The translations under genes were made by a program, and so were the position numbers. From Pecten maximus (lineage: Eukaryota), in contig NC_047016.1 in the NCBI RefSeq assembly GCF_902652985.1, forward strand, positions 50,344,001 to 50,408,000: DNA of 64,000 bases, read 5' to 3'. The notes beneath the pieces were generated by a model, which was not told where the DNA came from, ran no database searches, and saw nothing but the letters and a program-made list of their open reading frames with translations. Positions 63,947 to 64,000 of this stretch are shown here, piece after piece. The stretch's first letter is position 1; the number at the start of each line of letters is the position of its first letter.

Positions 63947-64000
63947 CCATAGTGATGGATTTTATAGAACATGGTCAGCCTTGCGTCTTTTCTGTGGTCT

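Overview
AT-rich, intron-rich animal genomic DNA. The SINE families, Mab-21 gene and repeat style suggest a bivalve mollusc (inference). Three host genes can be rebuilt from the sequence: (1) a 13-exon SLC6/NSS amino-acid-type transporter (+, 7768-17704, ~643 aa); (2) a single-coding-exon Mab-21/cGAS-like receptor with a C-terminal TPR-like region (-, 20156-22213), whose last codons are the first unit of a ~2 kb minisatellite; (3) a 10-exon ornithine-decarboxylase-like gene (+, 54887-61459, ~409 aa) that keeps the PLP Lys and catalytic Cys but has lost the substrate-binding Asp361 equivalent. An intact, young BEL/Pao LTR retrotransposon (34713-43039; 919-bp LTRs, 5-bp TSD GGTGC, one 2103-aa ORF) sits at the junction of a ~2.9-3.0 kb triplicated segment, just upstream of a tRNA-derived SINE head. 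Most notable: this element has no TGG tRNA primer-binding site. The 12 nt after the 5' LTR are instead perfectly complementary to a sequence that forms only if a canonical GT-AG intron inside the LTR is spliced out, suggesting splice-generated self-priming (hypothesis). Also present: several SINEs, a CR1-like remnant, a truncated U6 pseudogene, several minisatellites, foldback elements and one 174-N gap.
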